A stretch of DNA of 64,000 bases from Cognaticolwellia sp. (GTDB taxonomy: Bacteria > Pseudomonadota > Gammaproteobacteria > Enterobacterales > Alteromonadaceae). This document shows, one piece after another, positions 35,520-46,065 of the stretch (positions are counted from its first letter, which is position 1; each line of letters opens with the position of its first letter). The DNA lies in assembly GCA_049614565.1 (NCBI GenBank), contig JBMZDW010000001.1, positions 97,249-161,248 on the forward strand, written 5' to 3'. The translations under genes were made by a program, and so were the position numbers. The notes under the pieces are model-generated. The model had not been told where the DNA came from and did no database searches. It saw only the letters and a list, made by a program, of their open reading frames with translations.

Positions 35520-37565
35520 TTAAATAGAGTATTTAATGTTAAAAGACACGTAATCGCGATCTTCCATTTGATTAGTCGTGCCTACACCATCAAAAAAGCT
35601 GTTGTAGTTCAAATCAGCCGACCAACGACTTTGATAATCAAAGCTTAAGCCTAATGACATTGATTTTCTATCTTCAACAAACAAGAATAGAGGATCTGGT
35701 GTAATACCATTGACATCATGTGAAAAAACAATTTTAGGTGAGACGTTAACGCCAGCAAAAACGTTGCTATAATCCAACTTAGCAACAAAACGGTAGCCCC
35801 AAGCAAATGAACTTGGGAAAGGATTGGTTTCAACACCGTCTTGCAACGCTATTTCTAAACCTTCTTTACCGGCAACACCACCATTTCGAGCCGTACCTGG
35901 ACCATTAAGACGTAAAACGTCTTCGTCTGGCATATCAAGAATATCAATACCACCTACTTCAAGTAATGTCGTAAACTGGTTAGCCCATAATGTAGGACCC
36001 CATAAGTGGGTCAAGGTCATCTGTGCTTGTACAGTATCTGACAAGATATAACCATTAGCACGTTCGCCACCTTGGAAAACGGGCATTTGAGAAACACCTT
36101 CCAAATCAGTACGACCTAAATCATTGGCTAACTGCTGAGGCATGGCAGCAAATAACAATTCCACATCATCAATTTGCAATGGTTCATCTTGACGGAAGGT
36201 CATTTCACCAGCAACAGAGGTAGTACCTACTGCAGTATTAAAGCTTAACGCGTATAGTTTAATGTCTTCAATGTAATCAAGTTCAACGCGTGAAAATGCT
36301 TGTAAATCAGTGTAGTTATCATAAGTAATTGCTGTTGTTGCCAACATACCCACATCATGTCCTAAAGCTTCAGCGCTAAAGTCAGCTGTGATACCAGAAA
36401 ATACTGGACGACGACTATGATAATTCATGTGATAAAGGCTAATTTCAGTGTCATTCAGCTCAGGTAAGTACCAAGACAAGCGTAAACCATATTGGCCGCC
36501 ATTATCCGGCTTATTGACCGCGTCTTTTTCACGTAAAGTAAGCTTAGTTGGAAAACCACCAACATATGCACTTGCGGCATCAGCCATGGCAACGTTACCG
36601 TTTAATATTTGACCACGTAGTGCATTTAAATTATTGATTAATGAATCAAGATCCATATCTGGGTTACTAGCAAAATTTAACTGTACATTGTTAAATTGGC
36701 CACCGTCACCGGCAAAATCGTTAGTCGAAAAATAACTACCTGGTGCTGGCAAAATCGTTTTTTCCCAACTGTATTGGTAAAACATTTCAACGTTAAAGTT
36801 TTCTGTAACGCCGAGCGATCCCCAAACCGCACCAAAAGGAATAAAGGCTTCTTTCAATTCAGAACCTGGTGCTTTTAAACGTGCAATATCAACCGGGTTA
36901 AGTTCACTAATACCGTGAGAAATCAAGGTACTTTCACCCCAACTGATCACCTGCTGACCAATACGAACAGAGAACGGCATTTCACCTAAATCAAAATCGC
37001 CATAAACGAAGGCATCTAATAAGCGAACATCACGACATAATTGGTCGCGTGCTTCCTCATCACGACATGGATCACTTTCAACGCCAGAGGCTGGGTTTTT
37101 CCAATCTCTGTCACTGTCCATCATTTCAAAGTCATAAAAGTACATACCACGAGCAAAAAAACCTAAGTTTTCATAGCGTATGTCAAGTTCATGCGAGCCT
37201 TTAATCAGATCAGAAAAACTTTCCTTCGGATCATAGTTTAAATTACCGTTATCACCATTCGTTGAATAACTACCGGCGCCATCCCATACGGTAGCGGCAT
37301 CTGGGTTAACATTTAAAATTGGATGATATTGGTTAAAATTAAAACCGTTGTTAGGGTTGTTAGATTTACCAACATTTTTATCCCAATTTCGGTTTTCTAC
37401 GCGCCAACTTGTTCCTGCTGAAAACGTTGAATCAAAGCTGATATCAAAATTTCCTAGCTGAAAGTTAGCGGCCTGCACATTAGCACCAGCTAATGTCATC
37501 ATAGCGGCGGCAATACTAAGAGCCAATGGCTTCTTGTAAAAACCGTTACGAAGGTTTTGTTTCAT
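35520..37565 (-). CDS. DUF1302 family outer-membrane protein
   Basis: Signal peptide, DDGNLNY-like motif, GQQVISWGES, C-terminal DRDYVSFNIKYSI. Confidence 0.85.
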   Translation of the reverse strand: MKQNLRNGFYKKPLALSIAAAMMTLAGANVQAANFQLGNFDISFDSTFSAGTSWRVENRNWDKNVGKSNNPNNGFNFNQYHPILNVNPDAATVWDGAGSYSTNGDNGNLNYDPKESFSDLIKGSHELDIRYENLGFFARGMYFYDFEMMDSDRDWKNPASGVESDPCRDEEARDQLCRDVRLLDAFVYGDFDLGEMPFSVRIGQQVISWGESTLISHGISELNPVDIARLKAPGSELKEAFIPFGAVWGSLGVTENFNVEMFYQYSWEKTILPAPGSYFSTNDFAGDGGQFNNVQLNFASNPDMDLDSLINNLNALRGQILNGNVAMADAASAYVGGFPTKLTLREKDAVNKPDNGGQYGLRLSWYLPELNDTEISLYHMNYHSRRPVFSGITADFSAEALGHDVGMLATTAITYDNYTDLQAFSRVELDYIEDIKLYALSFNTAVGTTSVAGEMTFRQDEPLQIDDVELLFAAMPQQLANDLGRTDLEGVSQMPVFQGGERANGYILSDTVQAQMTLTHLWGPTLWANQFTTLLEVGGIDILDMPDEDVLRLNGPGTARNGGVAGKEGLEIALQDGVETNPFPSSFAWGYRFVAKLDYSNVFAGVNVSPKIVFSHDVNGITPDPLFLFVEDRKSMSLGLSFDYQSRWSADLNYNSFFDGVGTTNQMEDRDYVSFNIKYSI

Positions 37566-37871
37566 TTCTTATCTCCCCAGATGCGATACTGCATTTTATT
37601 TTTATAAGCCCATAACATGGTATGAAACAATAATTACATCATTTTAGCCATGTGGCAAGTGCTAAAACTTCAGTTAAAGCCCTTTATATTAAAGACTTGA
37701 CTCCAATCCTTTGATGACAGCAAAAGGTCGTTTAAAACACCTGTTTAAAACGGCCTTTGCAAATACTCTATGATTGGTAGATAGTGAATAGAAATAGCAG
37801 CCCTATTCCTACAACAACCAAGTAGATTAGTCTTTTCATGGTCAGACCACTGTTTAAAGCAAAAGCTCTAA

Positions 37872-38087
37872 TTACGACACCCGACTCAGGGATAAAAACT
37901 TATTGTTTTGTGTTTCTAAACAAAAGTGCCCTTTTATACCCACTGCCGTTAAATAACGACGTAAATGCATTGCTGGAAATTCAAGCGTTACCCCGCGAAC
38001 TGTGGTCACAACTATGGTACTCGCTCGTCCTTGGTAATAAGGTAAATAGTCCTCAGTGCTTAAATTCAAGTTGAAATAATATTTCAC
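37872..38087 (-). CDS. DUF2835-like small protein
   Basis: YYQGRAS..V...G..LEFPAMHLR pattern; downstream of pepN. Confidence 0.7.
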   Translation of the reverse strand: MKYYFNLNLSTEDYLPYYQGRASTIVVTTVRGVTLEFPAMHLRRYLTAVGIKGHFCLETQNNKFLSLSRVS

Positions 38088-38096
38088 CTTTTGTCC

Positions 38097-40652
38097 TTAT
38101 TGACCTAACGCCGCATCAAGTTTTTCTTGTAAATCTTTGGCAAGATTAGCCTGCGAGGCAAAAGCTTCGAGCTTAGTTTTTATCATTTTCTGGCGTTTTT
38201 TATCGAGCGATTTAAACTGTATTAACGGTGTTATTAACCGCGAAGCCACTTGTGGATTAATAGTATTAAGTTGTTGTACTTGCTCAAGCAAAAACTGATA
38301 ACCACGGCCGCTAGCACAATGAAAATAACGTGGATTATTATTGCTAAAAGCGCCAATCAATGCTCGTGCCCGATTTGGGTTTTTCAAGCTAAACAGAGGA
38401 TGTGCAATCAGTTGCGTTAAATTATCGTAAATATTTTCATTGCTTACGCTCGCCTGTATTGAAAACCACTTATCCATAACCAGTGGTGTTTCAGTCCACT
38501 TTTGCTCAAAGTTCGTCATCATTTTATCAAAGTCATGATGCTGATACTGCGCCGCACAATTTAGTGAGGCTAAGGTATCCGTCATATTATTGCTAGCTTG
38601 ATACTGCTGACTAAGAAGTTCTTGTTGTTCGCTTAAAGTCGTTAAATAAGATAAGCAAATATTCTTTAATGCCCGTTTACCTATGGCTATACCATCGTTG
38701 GCATAATCGGCCTGCATATTTTGCTGATATTGCTGTAAAAATAGCGGCGCTAATGTTTGCGCGAGCATGCGCTTAACGCTATCAATGGCATCGAGTAATG
38801 TGATAGGGTCAACTTCTTCAATACTGTCGGCTAATTCATTAAAGCTAGGTAAGGTTAATTGCTCTGCTTTAAAAGCCGCGGACGTGTCACCTGTTAATAC
38901 GCTACTAAAGGCTTGATAAATGTTTTCTGGCAGCGACAATGTCGGCTCTTGCATCACACGCTTTATATAGGTTGTTAGTAATTTTTGCCCAGCGTCCCAA
39001 CGACAAAACTCATCATTGGCACGGGTCATAATAAGCTCTAGGTCTTGATCTGATTGTAGAAACTGGGCTTTAACTGGTGCTGTAAAGCCAGTTAATAACG
39101 CTAATACCGGTTTTTCACTGTAGCCTTTGAAGGTCCAGCTTTGTTTTTGCTGGCTTAACTGCAATAACTGTGACTGGTTTTGCGAATTCGCTGGCGAAAT
39201 TAACTCAATGCCAACCGGAATATGCAATGCCGGATTTTTGCCATTGGTTTGTGTAATGGTTAATTGGTATTCACCTGTCAGGTCATCAAAATGTTCACTA
39301 ATTTGTAGTTGTGGTGTGCCCGCTTGTTCGTACCAACGTTTGAACTGGCTTAAATCAATACTCGACGCATCGGCCATGGCATTGATAAAATCATCACAGG
39401 TAACTGCCATACCATCAAAACGTTTAAAATATAAATCTAAACCTTGCCGAAACTTATCGACACCAAGCAAGGTGTGGATCATACGAATAACTTCCGCGCC
39501 CTTTTCATAGACGGTTAAGGTATAAAAGTTATTCATTTCGACCACTTGCTCTGGACGAATTGGATGCGCCATGGGCCCGGCATCTTCAGCAAATTGCTGT
39601 GAGCGTAATACCCGAACATTTTGAATACGGGTTACCGGCGCTGAATGCATATCGGCGCTAAATTGTTGATCCCTAAATACCGTTAAGCCTTCTTTTAGGC
39701 TCAGTTGAAACCAATCTCGACAGGTAACTCGGTTGCCAGTCCAGTTATGAAAATATTCATGGGCAATAACGGCTTCCACATTAAAGTAGTCAACATCGGT
39801 CGCACTGGTTTCATCGGCTAAAACAAATTTACTGTTAAAAACATTTAAACCTTTGTTTTCCATGGCCCCCATATTGAAAAAATCTACCGCCACTATCATG
39901 TAAATATCGAGATCATATTCAAGGCCAAAAGTTTTTTCATCCCACGCCATTGAATGCTTTAAGGACGCCATAGCATGGTGTGCTTTGTCAATATTGCCCT
40001 TATCAACAAAAATCTCTAAAGCAACGTCGCGGCCCGAACTCGTGCAATATTTGTCGGTTAAGACATCAAAATCACCCGCCACTAAAGCGAATAAATAACT
40101 CGGTTTTGGAAAGGGATCATGCCATTGCACAAAGTGCTGACCACCAGCTAAGTCGCCGGCGGCAATTTTATTGCCGTTGGATAACAAATACGGAAATTGG
40201 CTTTTATCGGCAATAACTTTCGTGGTGAAAGTTGCCATAACATCTGGACGGTCAAGATAATAACTTATCCGGCGAAAGCCCTCGGCTTCACACTGTGTAC
40301 AATACGCGTCACCTGATTTAAACAAGCCTTCAAGGGCGGTATTTTCCAGTGGATTAATTTCAGTGACTATTTCAAGCTCAAAATTCTTATCAGCAATATC
40401 GAGTGTTAAACTGGTATCGCTTACTTGATAACGATCACTTGCTAATGGTTTATTATCGAGCAATACCGAAATTAGCGTTAAATGTTCACCATCTAATACT
40501 AACGAGTCATTATTATCGCCGTTGCGTGATATACACATGTGGTTGGTGACGCGCGTTTTAAGTTCGTCAAGTTCAAAAGTTAGTTCAGCACTGGAAATAG
40601 CAAAACTTGCTGGCTTATAGTCAGCGAGATAACGCGGGGTAAAATCACTCAT
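38097..40652 (-). CDS. pepN: Aminopeptidase N
   Basis: TQCEAEGFR, GAMENKG, HEYFH zinc motif, YEKGAE. Confidence 0.97.
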   Translation of the reverse strand: MSDFTPRYLADYKPASFAISSAELTFELDELKTRVTNHMCISRNGDNNDSLVLDGEHLTLISVLLDNKPLASDRYQVSDTSLTLDIADKNFELEIVTEINPLENTALEGLFKSGDAYCTQCEAEGFRRISYYLDRPDVMATFTTKVIADKSQFPYLLSNGNKIAAGDLAGGQHFVQWHDPFPKPSYLFALVAGDFDVLTDKYCTSSGRDVALEIFVDKGNIDKAHHAMASLKHSMAWDEKTFGLEYDLDIYMIVAVDFFNMGAMENKGLNVFNSKFVLADETSATDVDYFNVEAVIAHEYFHNWTGNRVTCRDWFQLSLKEGLTVFRDQQFSADMHSAPVTRIQNVRVLRSQQFAEDAGPMAHPIRPEQVVEMNNFYTLTVYEKGAEVIRMIHTLLGVDKFRQGLDLYFKRFDGMAVTCDDFINAMADASSIDLSQFKRWYEQAGTPQLQISEHFDDLTGEYQLTITQTNGKNPALHIPVGIELISPANSQNQSQLLQLSQQKQSWTFKGYSEKPVLALLTGFTAPVKAQFLQSDQDLELIMTRANDEFCRWDAGQKLLTTYIKRVMQEPTLSLPENIYQAFSSVLTGDTSAAFKAEQLTLPSFNELADSIEEVDPITLLDAIDSVKRMLAQTLAPLFLQQYQQNMQADYANDGIAIGKRALKNICLSYLTTLSEQQELLSQQYQASNNMTDTLASLNCAAQYQHHDFDKMMTNFEQKWTETPLVMDKWFSIQASVSNENIYDNLTQLIAHPLFSLKNPNRARALIGAFSNNNPRYFHCASGRGYQFLLEQVQQLNTINPQVASRLITPLIQFKSLDKKRQKMIKTKLEAFASQANLAKDLQEKLDAALGQ

Positions 40653-40750
40653 GCGAGTCCTTATTGCATCATTTTTAGAGAATTAATGCCTAAAATAGAC
40701 ATTAAAAAGCCCGTGGTAACAGGCTTTAATAAAGTTTTTGAATTAAATAT

Positions 40751-42208
40751 TTAGCTCGCAGTGGCTAATTTTTTTATCTTAAAGCCCAAATAAGCATAGG
40801 TAACCGCCAAAATCGGGTTAATTAAGTTAAAAAAGCAATAAAATATGTAATCGTAAGAGGTGAGTGCCAAGGCGCCGAACATAAAGGCGCCACAGGTATT
40901 CCATGGAATTAACGGCGAAGTGATGGTACCTGAATCTTCTAACGTTCGACTCAATACGACGGGGTCTAGCCCTCTTTTTTCATACTCTTCTTTATACATT
41001 CTGCCTGGCATCACAATGGCCATATACTGATCAGCTGTGATCAAGTTAGTACCTATACAGGTAGCTACGGTACTGGCGATCAAGCTACCGGTTGATTTTG
41101 CGGTCGCTAAAATCGTCTCAACGAATTTTTTCAACATACCTAAATGTTCTAAAATCGCGCCAAAGCTTAATGCGGTAACCACAAGCCATATGGTGTTTAA
41201 CATACCCGACATACCGCCACGGCTTAACAGTTGGTCAATTTCACTATTACCGGTTTCTACCACAACACCATCAAAAAAGGCCGTCCATACCACCATAATA
41301 GTGGCTCTTGTTGACTCTATGCCCTCTTGCGCCATGGTTGAAATCAATTCTTGTTGAAAAATTAATGCCCAAATAGCGCCGATGATTGCGCCAATAGCAA
41401 CCGCAGGAAATGCTGGCATTTTTTTATAGGCTAATAGCAATAAAATAAATAATGGAATTAAGTTTAACGCCGAAATGTTATAGGTGTTTTCCAAGGTATT
41501 GGTGAGCGATATAATACTGTCGGTATTGCCCATATCAGTAGAAGAATGATCAAAGCCAATTAATAAAAATAACACCAATGCAATGCTAATTGACGGTATA
41601 GTGGTCCATAACATATAACGAATATGGGCAAATAGCTCACTACCCGCTACGGCTGGCGCTAAATTGGTAGTTTCAGAAAGCGGTGAAAGTTTATCACCAA
41701 AATAAGCGCCAGATATCACTGCGCCAGCGGTAACCGACGTCGATAGTTCAAAACCACCGGCAATACCAATAAAGGCAACACCAACCGTTGCAGCGGTAGT
41801 CCAAGAGCTACCTATGCTCATGGCAACAATGCCACACACTAAACACGTTGCCGCATAAAACCAACTTGGGTCAATAATTTTTAAACCATAATAGACCATG
41901 GTCGGCACCGTGCCTGATAACAACCAAGTACCAATTAATGAACCAACCGCTAAGAGTATTAACACCGCACCCAACGAAATTGAGATGCCATGAATAATAG
42001 CCTTTTCCATTGATTGCCAGGTATAACCATTTTTTATCCCGATCACGGCCGCAACCCCGGTTGCCAACAACAAGGCGATTTGATTGGGCCCTGATGACGA
42101 ACTGTCACCAAAAAAGGTGACGGCAGCAACTAATAAACAAATAAGAACAAAAATGGGAATTAACGCGTCAAGCATGGAGGGTTGTCGTAAAGATTGAGGA
42201 TCAGACAT
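40751..42208 (-). CDS. nhaC: Na+/H+ antiporter NhaC family
   Basis: GSSWTT, GAYFGDKLSPLSETTN, LSRTLEDSGT, LIPWN. Confidence 0.92.
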   Translation of the reverse strand: MSDPQSLRQPSMLDALIPIFVLICLLVAAVTFFGDSSSSGPNQIALLLATGVAAVIGIKNGYTWQSMEKAIIHGISISLGAVLILLAVGSLIGTWLLSGTVPTMVYYGLKIIDPSWFYAATCLVCGIVAMSIGSSWTTAATVGVAFIGIAGGFELSTSVTAGAVISGAYFGDKLSPLSETTNLAPAVAGSELFAHIRYMLWTTIPSISIALVLFLLIGFDHSSTDMGNTDSIISLTNTLENTYNISALNLIPLFILLLLAYKKMPAFPAVAIGAIIGAIWALIFQQELISTMAQEGIESTRATIMVVWTAFFDGVVVETGNSEIDQLLSRGGMSGMLNTIWLVVTALSFGAILEHLGMLKKFVETILATAKSTGSLIASTVATCIGTNLITADQYMAIVMPGRMYKEEYEKRGLDPVVLSRTLEDSGTITSPLIPWNTCGAFMFGALALTSYDYIFYCFFNLINPILAVTYAYLGFKIKKLATAS

Positions 42209-42333
42209 AGATAAATTTATACCTTAGATTTTAGTTATTATGGTGGTTAAATTATTTTGTTAGCAGAGTGTGCAAGTTTTTTTGCTACTTGTCTACTGGC
42301 TTGCTTATCTCAAATAGAGAAAATACAGGCATT

Positions 42334-42357
42334 AAAAAACCACCCTCAGGTGGTTTT
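42334..42357 (-). terminator. Terminator after prc
   Basis: AAAACCACC-ctca-GGTGGTTTT with adjacent A-run. Confidence 0.7.
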
Positions 42358-42376
42358 CATTAACCTTTAAACGAAA

Positions 42377-44413
42377 CTACTTTTTAGCGACTTTACCTAA
42401 CGACACTAAGTCGAAGGTAATTTTTGCCGTTTCATCTAAAAATGGGTCTAACTCAGCTAACTCTTCTGGCAAGTCATCTAAACTGCTTACTATTTCTTTA
42501 CCCATAGCAACTAATCTTTCATTAGCACGGGTTAATTGTTTCGCTTTGCGAGTTGCGGTTTTTTCTTTACGTTTGGCAAAGTTTAACGATACCGTTTTAT
42601 CATCTTTTTCTGCTTTATATTCTGCTATATCGGCCAGTAGATAATTAAACTCTTGATTTTGCGTAATACGCGCTTGGTGTAAAGAGCTTAAGTACGTGAC
42701 GTCTTGACTCATATCGTTAAGCTTGTTGTAACGCGCTTTTGGTATTTGATCCCACGGTAAGGCGTTTTCTTCTTTGCTTTCACCCCAGTCAGCAGGATCT
42801 ATCGCTGACGGATAAGCAATATCAGGTAATACACCGCGATGTTGTGTGCTACCACCATTAATACGGTAAAACTTGGCAATGGTATATTGAATGCTACCAA
42901 ATGGATTTTCGTACAGGTCATACACTCGCCCTAACCCGCGATGTTGTTGTACTGTGCCTTTACCAAAAGTATGTTCACCAACAATCACGCCACGACCATA
43001 ATCTTGGATGGCGGCTGAAAAAATTTCTGATGCCGAAGCACTATAACGATCAACCATCACAGTTAACGGCCCTTCATAAAAACTAATACCGTCTTTATCA
43101 CGATTAACTTGTATACGGTTTGCCCCATCTCGCACTTGTACGACTGGGCCTTTATCAATAAATAAGCCGGTTAATAACGTTGCTTCAGTTAACGAGCCAC
43201 CGCCATTACCGCGTAAATCAACAATAATACCGGAAACATTTTGTTCTTTAAGTTTGGCAATTTCACGTTTTACATCACGTGATAAGTGATTGTAAAAACT
43301 CGGAATGGTGATAACACCGAGTTTTTTCGCATTTTCATCGTCAGTTTTTTCAAGATAAACATCTGATTTTGCTGCTCGGTCTTCAAGTTTAATGGTGTCT
43401 CTAACAATCGAAACTACTTTAATGCTACTATCATCTTCCGCCTCTGCACCCAAAACTTGCAATCGAACTTTACTACCTTTAGGGCCTTTGATCAGCTCTA
43501 CAACATCGTCTAAACGCCAGCCAATTACATCGACAAACTCTTTATCTGCTTGTGAAACACCGACAATACGATCTTTAGGTTTTAATTCATTAGATTTATC
43601 AGCCGGACCACCTGAAACCACACTTTGAATAACAGTGTAATCTTCTTCAGCACGTAATACCGCGCCAATACCCTCCAATGACAAATTCATTTCCATTTGA
43701 AAACGTTCGGCATTTCGCGGTGATAAGTAAGAGGTGTGCGGTTCAACAACGCGGGCAAAGCTGTTCATCACCAACTGAAAAACATCTTCGCTTTCACTTT
43801 GCTTTAAACGTTTAATAGCATAACGATAGCGCTTGCCTAGTACTTCTCGCACTTTTGGCCATTCTTTACCAGCCAAGGTTAAATTAAGCGCATCATATTT
43901 AACTTTTTTATGCCATAAGGCGTTGAGTTCATCAACCGAAACCGGTCTTTTCGCCTCTTCACGATCAAAATTATAAGACTCATCTAAGTCAAAATTAAAT
44001 GGTTTGTCTTTGCTCAGTAGGCTTAAAGCATATTGGTAACGCTCTAATCGACGCTGTAAATTCAGATTATAGATTTGATAAGCAATATCGAGTTTGCCAC
44101 GTGAAATCACAGTATCAAACTCATCACGGTATTGCTCAAAACCAGCAACGTCAGAGGCTAAAAATACGTTACGGGCATAATCTAATTGCTTAATGTAACG
44201 ATCAAAAATTTGCTCTGATAGCAGGTCATCAATTTTTATCTGTTTAAAGTGTGCGCGCGTAAACTGCGCGGTGATCCGCTTTGACGACTTGGCATGTTGG
44301 CTTTCGGGCACTAATATCGGAAGATCTTTGATCTCTTCTTCAGTTTCAGCCAGTACAGAAATACTGGCCAGTGATAATGATACTGCAACAGCTAGGCGAC
44401 AAAATTTATGCAT
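42377..44413 (-). CDS. prc: Carboxy-terminal processing (tail-specific) protease
   Basis: EPHTSY, GIGA PDZ domain, DLRGNGGG, SASASEI, FGKGTVQ. Confidence 0.96.
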   Translation of the reverse strand: MHKFCRLAVAVSLSLASISVLAETEEEIKDLPILVPESQHAKSSKRITAQFTRAHFKQIKIDDLLSEQIFDRYIKQLDYARNVFLASDVAGFEQYRDEFDTVISRGKLDIAYQIYNLNLQRRLERYQYALSLLSKDKPFNFDLDESYNFDREEAKRPVSVDELNALWHKKVKYDALNLTLAGKEWPKVREVLGKRYRYAIKRLKQSESEDVFQLVMNSFARVVEPHTSYLSPRNAERFQMEMNLSLEGIGAVLRAEEDYTVIQSVVSGGPADKSNELKPKDRIVGVSQADKEFVDVIGWRLDDVVELIKGPKGSKVRLQVLGAEAEDDSSIKVVSIVRDTIKLEDRAAKSDVYLEKTDDENAKKLGVITIPSFYNHLSRDVKREIAKLKEQNVSGIIVDLRGNGGGSLTEATLLTGLFIDKGPVVQVRDGANRIQVNRDKDGISFYEGPLTVMVDRYSASASEIFSAAIQDYGRGVIVGEHTFGKGTVQQHRGLGRVYDLYENPFGSIQYTIAKFYRINGGSTQHRGVLPDIAYPSAIDPADWGESKEENALPWDQIPKARYNKLNDMSQDVTYLSSLHQARITQNQEFNYLLADIAEYKAEKDDKTVSLNFAKRKEKTATRKAKQLTRANERLVAMGKEIVSSLDDLPEELAELDPFLDETAKITFDLVSLGKVAKK

Positions 44414-44427
44414 GCACGTACTCCAAA

Positions 44428-45186
44428 TTATTCTGTAAAAATATTTTTAACTTGTGTTTTAACAACCATACCTGAGTTTAGTTGAACGCTAACATCTTTA
44501 CCGGAAACTTCTGTGATAACAGCATCCATTGACGATTGCCCTAACTGCACTTTGATTTGCTTGCCAACAATAACACTACTAGTTTCAACAGGTTTAAGTT
44601 TAACCGCAGCTTTTGGCGCTGCACGTTTACTAGATTTAACAGCGTTGAATTTTTCTTTACGACTACTAGCAGTAGAGTCCTTCTTAACAGACTTAGTTCC
44701 GTTATTGTTATTCCCTTTATAAGATTTTTTCGCCGTTTTGTCTTTACTGTTTTTGTTACCAAATTTTTCTTGGCTTTCTTTTAAGGTTTTAGCGGCATAT
44801 TCTGCTTGCTCTTGATCGATTTCTGCTGAGTCATTGCCGTCAATATCAACGCGGAAGCTGCCAACTTTAATAACCTTCAAGTAGCGCCAGCTGCTGGTAT
44901 AATGTCTAAGCGCTTGACGCAAACGGGTTTTACTGACCGTTTCATCACCGGCTAGCTTTTCAGCTAAATCTTGGAAGATACCAATTTTCAGTGGCTTCGC
45001 TTGACCTTCAAGAGAGAAACACGCCGGAAATTTTTCTGCCAAGTAGGCGATAATTTCTTTAGTGCTAATACGCTTGGTTGCAACATTAGCTTCAGTTTCA
45101 ACACTTGATGTCTCTTCAACGTTTGCCGTTGTGTCAACTGCTGCGTCTGCTACCACTTTTATTTCACTTTCTGTTTTGTTTTCCAT
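44428..45186 (-). CDS. proQ: RNA chaperone ProQ
   Basis: PLKIGIFQDL, LRQALRHYTSSWRYL FinO domain, C-terminal Tudor-like domain; ~35-aa acidic N-terminal extension. Confidence 0.95.
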   Translation of the reverse strand: MENKTESEIKVVADAAVDTTANVEETSSVETEANVATKRISTKEIIAYLAEKFPACFSLEGQAKPLKIGIFQDLAEKLAGDETVSKTRLRQALRHYTSSWRYLKVIKVGSFRVDIDGNDSAEIDQEQAEYAAKTLKESQEKFGNKNSKDKTAKKSYKGNNNNGTKSVKKDSTASSRKEKFNAVKSSKRAAPKAAVKLKPVETSSVIVGKQIKVQLGQSSMDAVITEVSGKDVSVQLNSGMVVKTQVKNIFTE

Positions 45187-45207
45187 AAATACAACTTTTA
45201 AAAATTT

Positions 45208-45495
45208 TTAATTTTGCTCTGCGAGATATTGTTCACGATTTTCCAACAAGTGTCGGCACCAATCATAAATATCTTCACTTTCAATTTCGGCTAAGGCGTC
45301 TTGCCCTATCCACGTATCCCACACCAAAGACAACAATTGTTCTAATACCTCGGGTGCAATATCTTCTTCTGCTAAGTCATAAACGGTATGATAAATTTCG
45401 TTAATACGTTCAGCGACTTTTTCTTCCTGACCATCCCAGTCACCGACAACGGCTTCTGATACTAAATAGTCATGAATAACAATAAATTCTTTCAT
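45208..45495 (-). CDS. Small highly acidic hypothetical protein
   Basis: 95-aa ORF overlapping the upstream stop codon (TAATG). Confidence 0.75.
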   Translation of the reverse strand: MKEFIVIHDYLVSEAVVGDWDGQEEKVAERINEIYHTVYDLAEEDIAPEVLEQLLSLVWDTWIGQDALAEIESEDIYDWCRHLLENREQYLAEQN

Positions 45496-45971
45496 TAGTT
45501 TACCACGCCATGCTTGATCATGACATTTTCAAATAAGGTTATTATTTTTTCTAGGCCGTTTTGGTCATCGCTATCAAAACGATCAAATGCTCTGCTGTCG
45601 ATATCAAGAACCGCAATCACCTTATTGTTTAACGTTACCGGTAAAACAATTTCGGCATTGGTTGTTGCATCACACGCAATATGGCCATCAAAGCCATGCA
45701 CATCGGCTATGCGTTGCACTTTATTGTCACTTACCGCTGTACCACAAACACCACGACCAACAGGAATGCGAATACACGCCACTTTACCTTGAAATGGACC
45801 TAATACAAGCTCGTTGTTCACCACGCGGTAAAACCCGACCCAGTTTACCTCAGTCAATTGTTCAAACAACAAAGCACTAACATTTGCCATATTGGCAATT
45901 ACATCGGCTTCGTCACTGATCAAGGCTTCAACTTGTGTATATAAATCTTGGTAAAAGGTGTTTTTAGTCAT
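45495..45971 (-). CDS. msrC: GAF-domain protein, free Met-(R)-sulfoxide reductase
   Basis: NWVGFY, LGPFQGKVAC, GRGVCG, HIACD, LDIDS; synteny with proQ-prc. Confidence 0.88.
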   Translation of the reverse strand: MTKNTFYQDLYTQVEALISDEADVIANMANVSALLFEQLTEVNWVGFYRVVNNELVLGPFQGKVACIRIPVGRGVCGTAVSDNKVQRIADVHGFDGHIACDATTNAEIVLPVTLNNKVIAVLDIDSRAFDRFDSDDQNGLEKIITLFENVMIKHGVVN

Positions 45972-46065
45972 TAATACTAGTACCTAAAATAAAAACGCAT
46001 AACATACCCTGATAGCGCGTGAAATTAAAGCGCTATTGGCAGCAATTGGCAATTATCTGTCGAAT

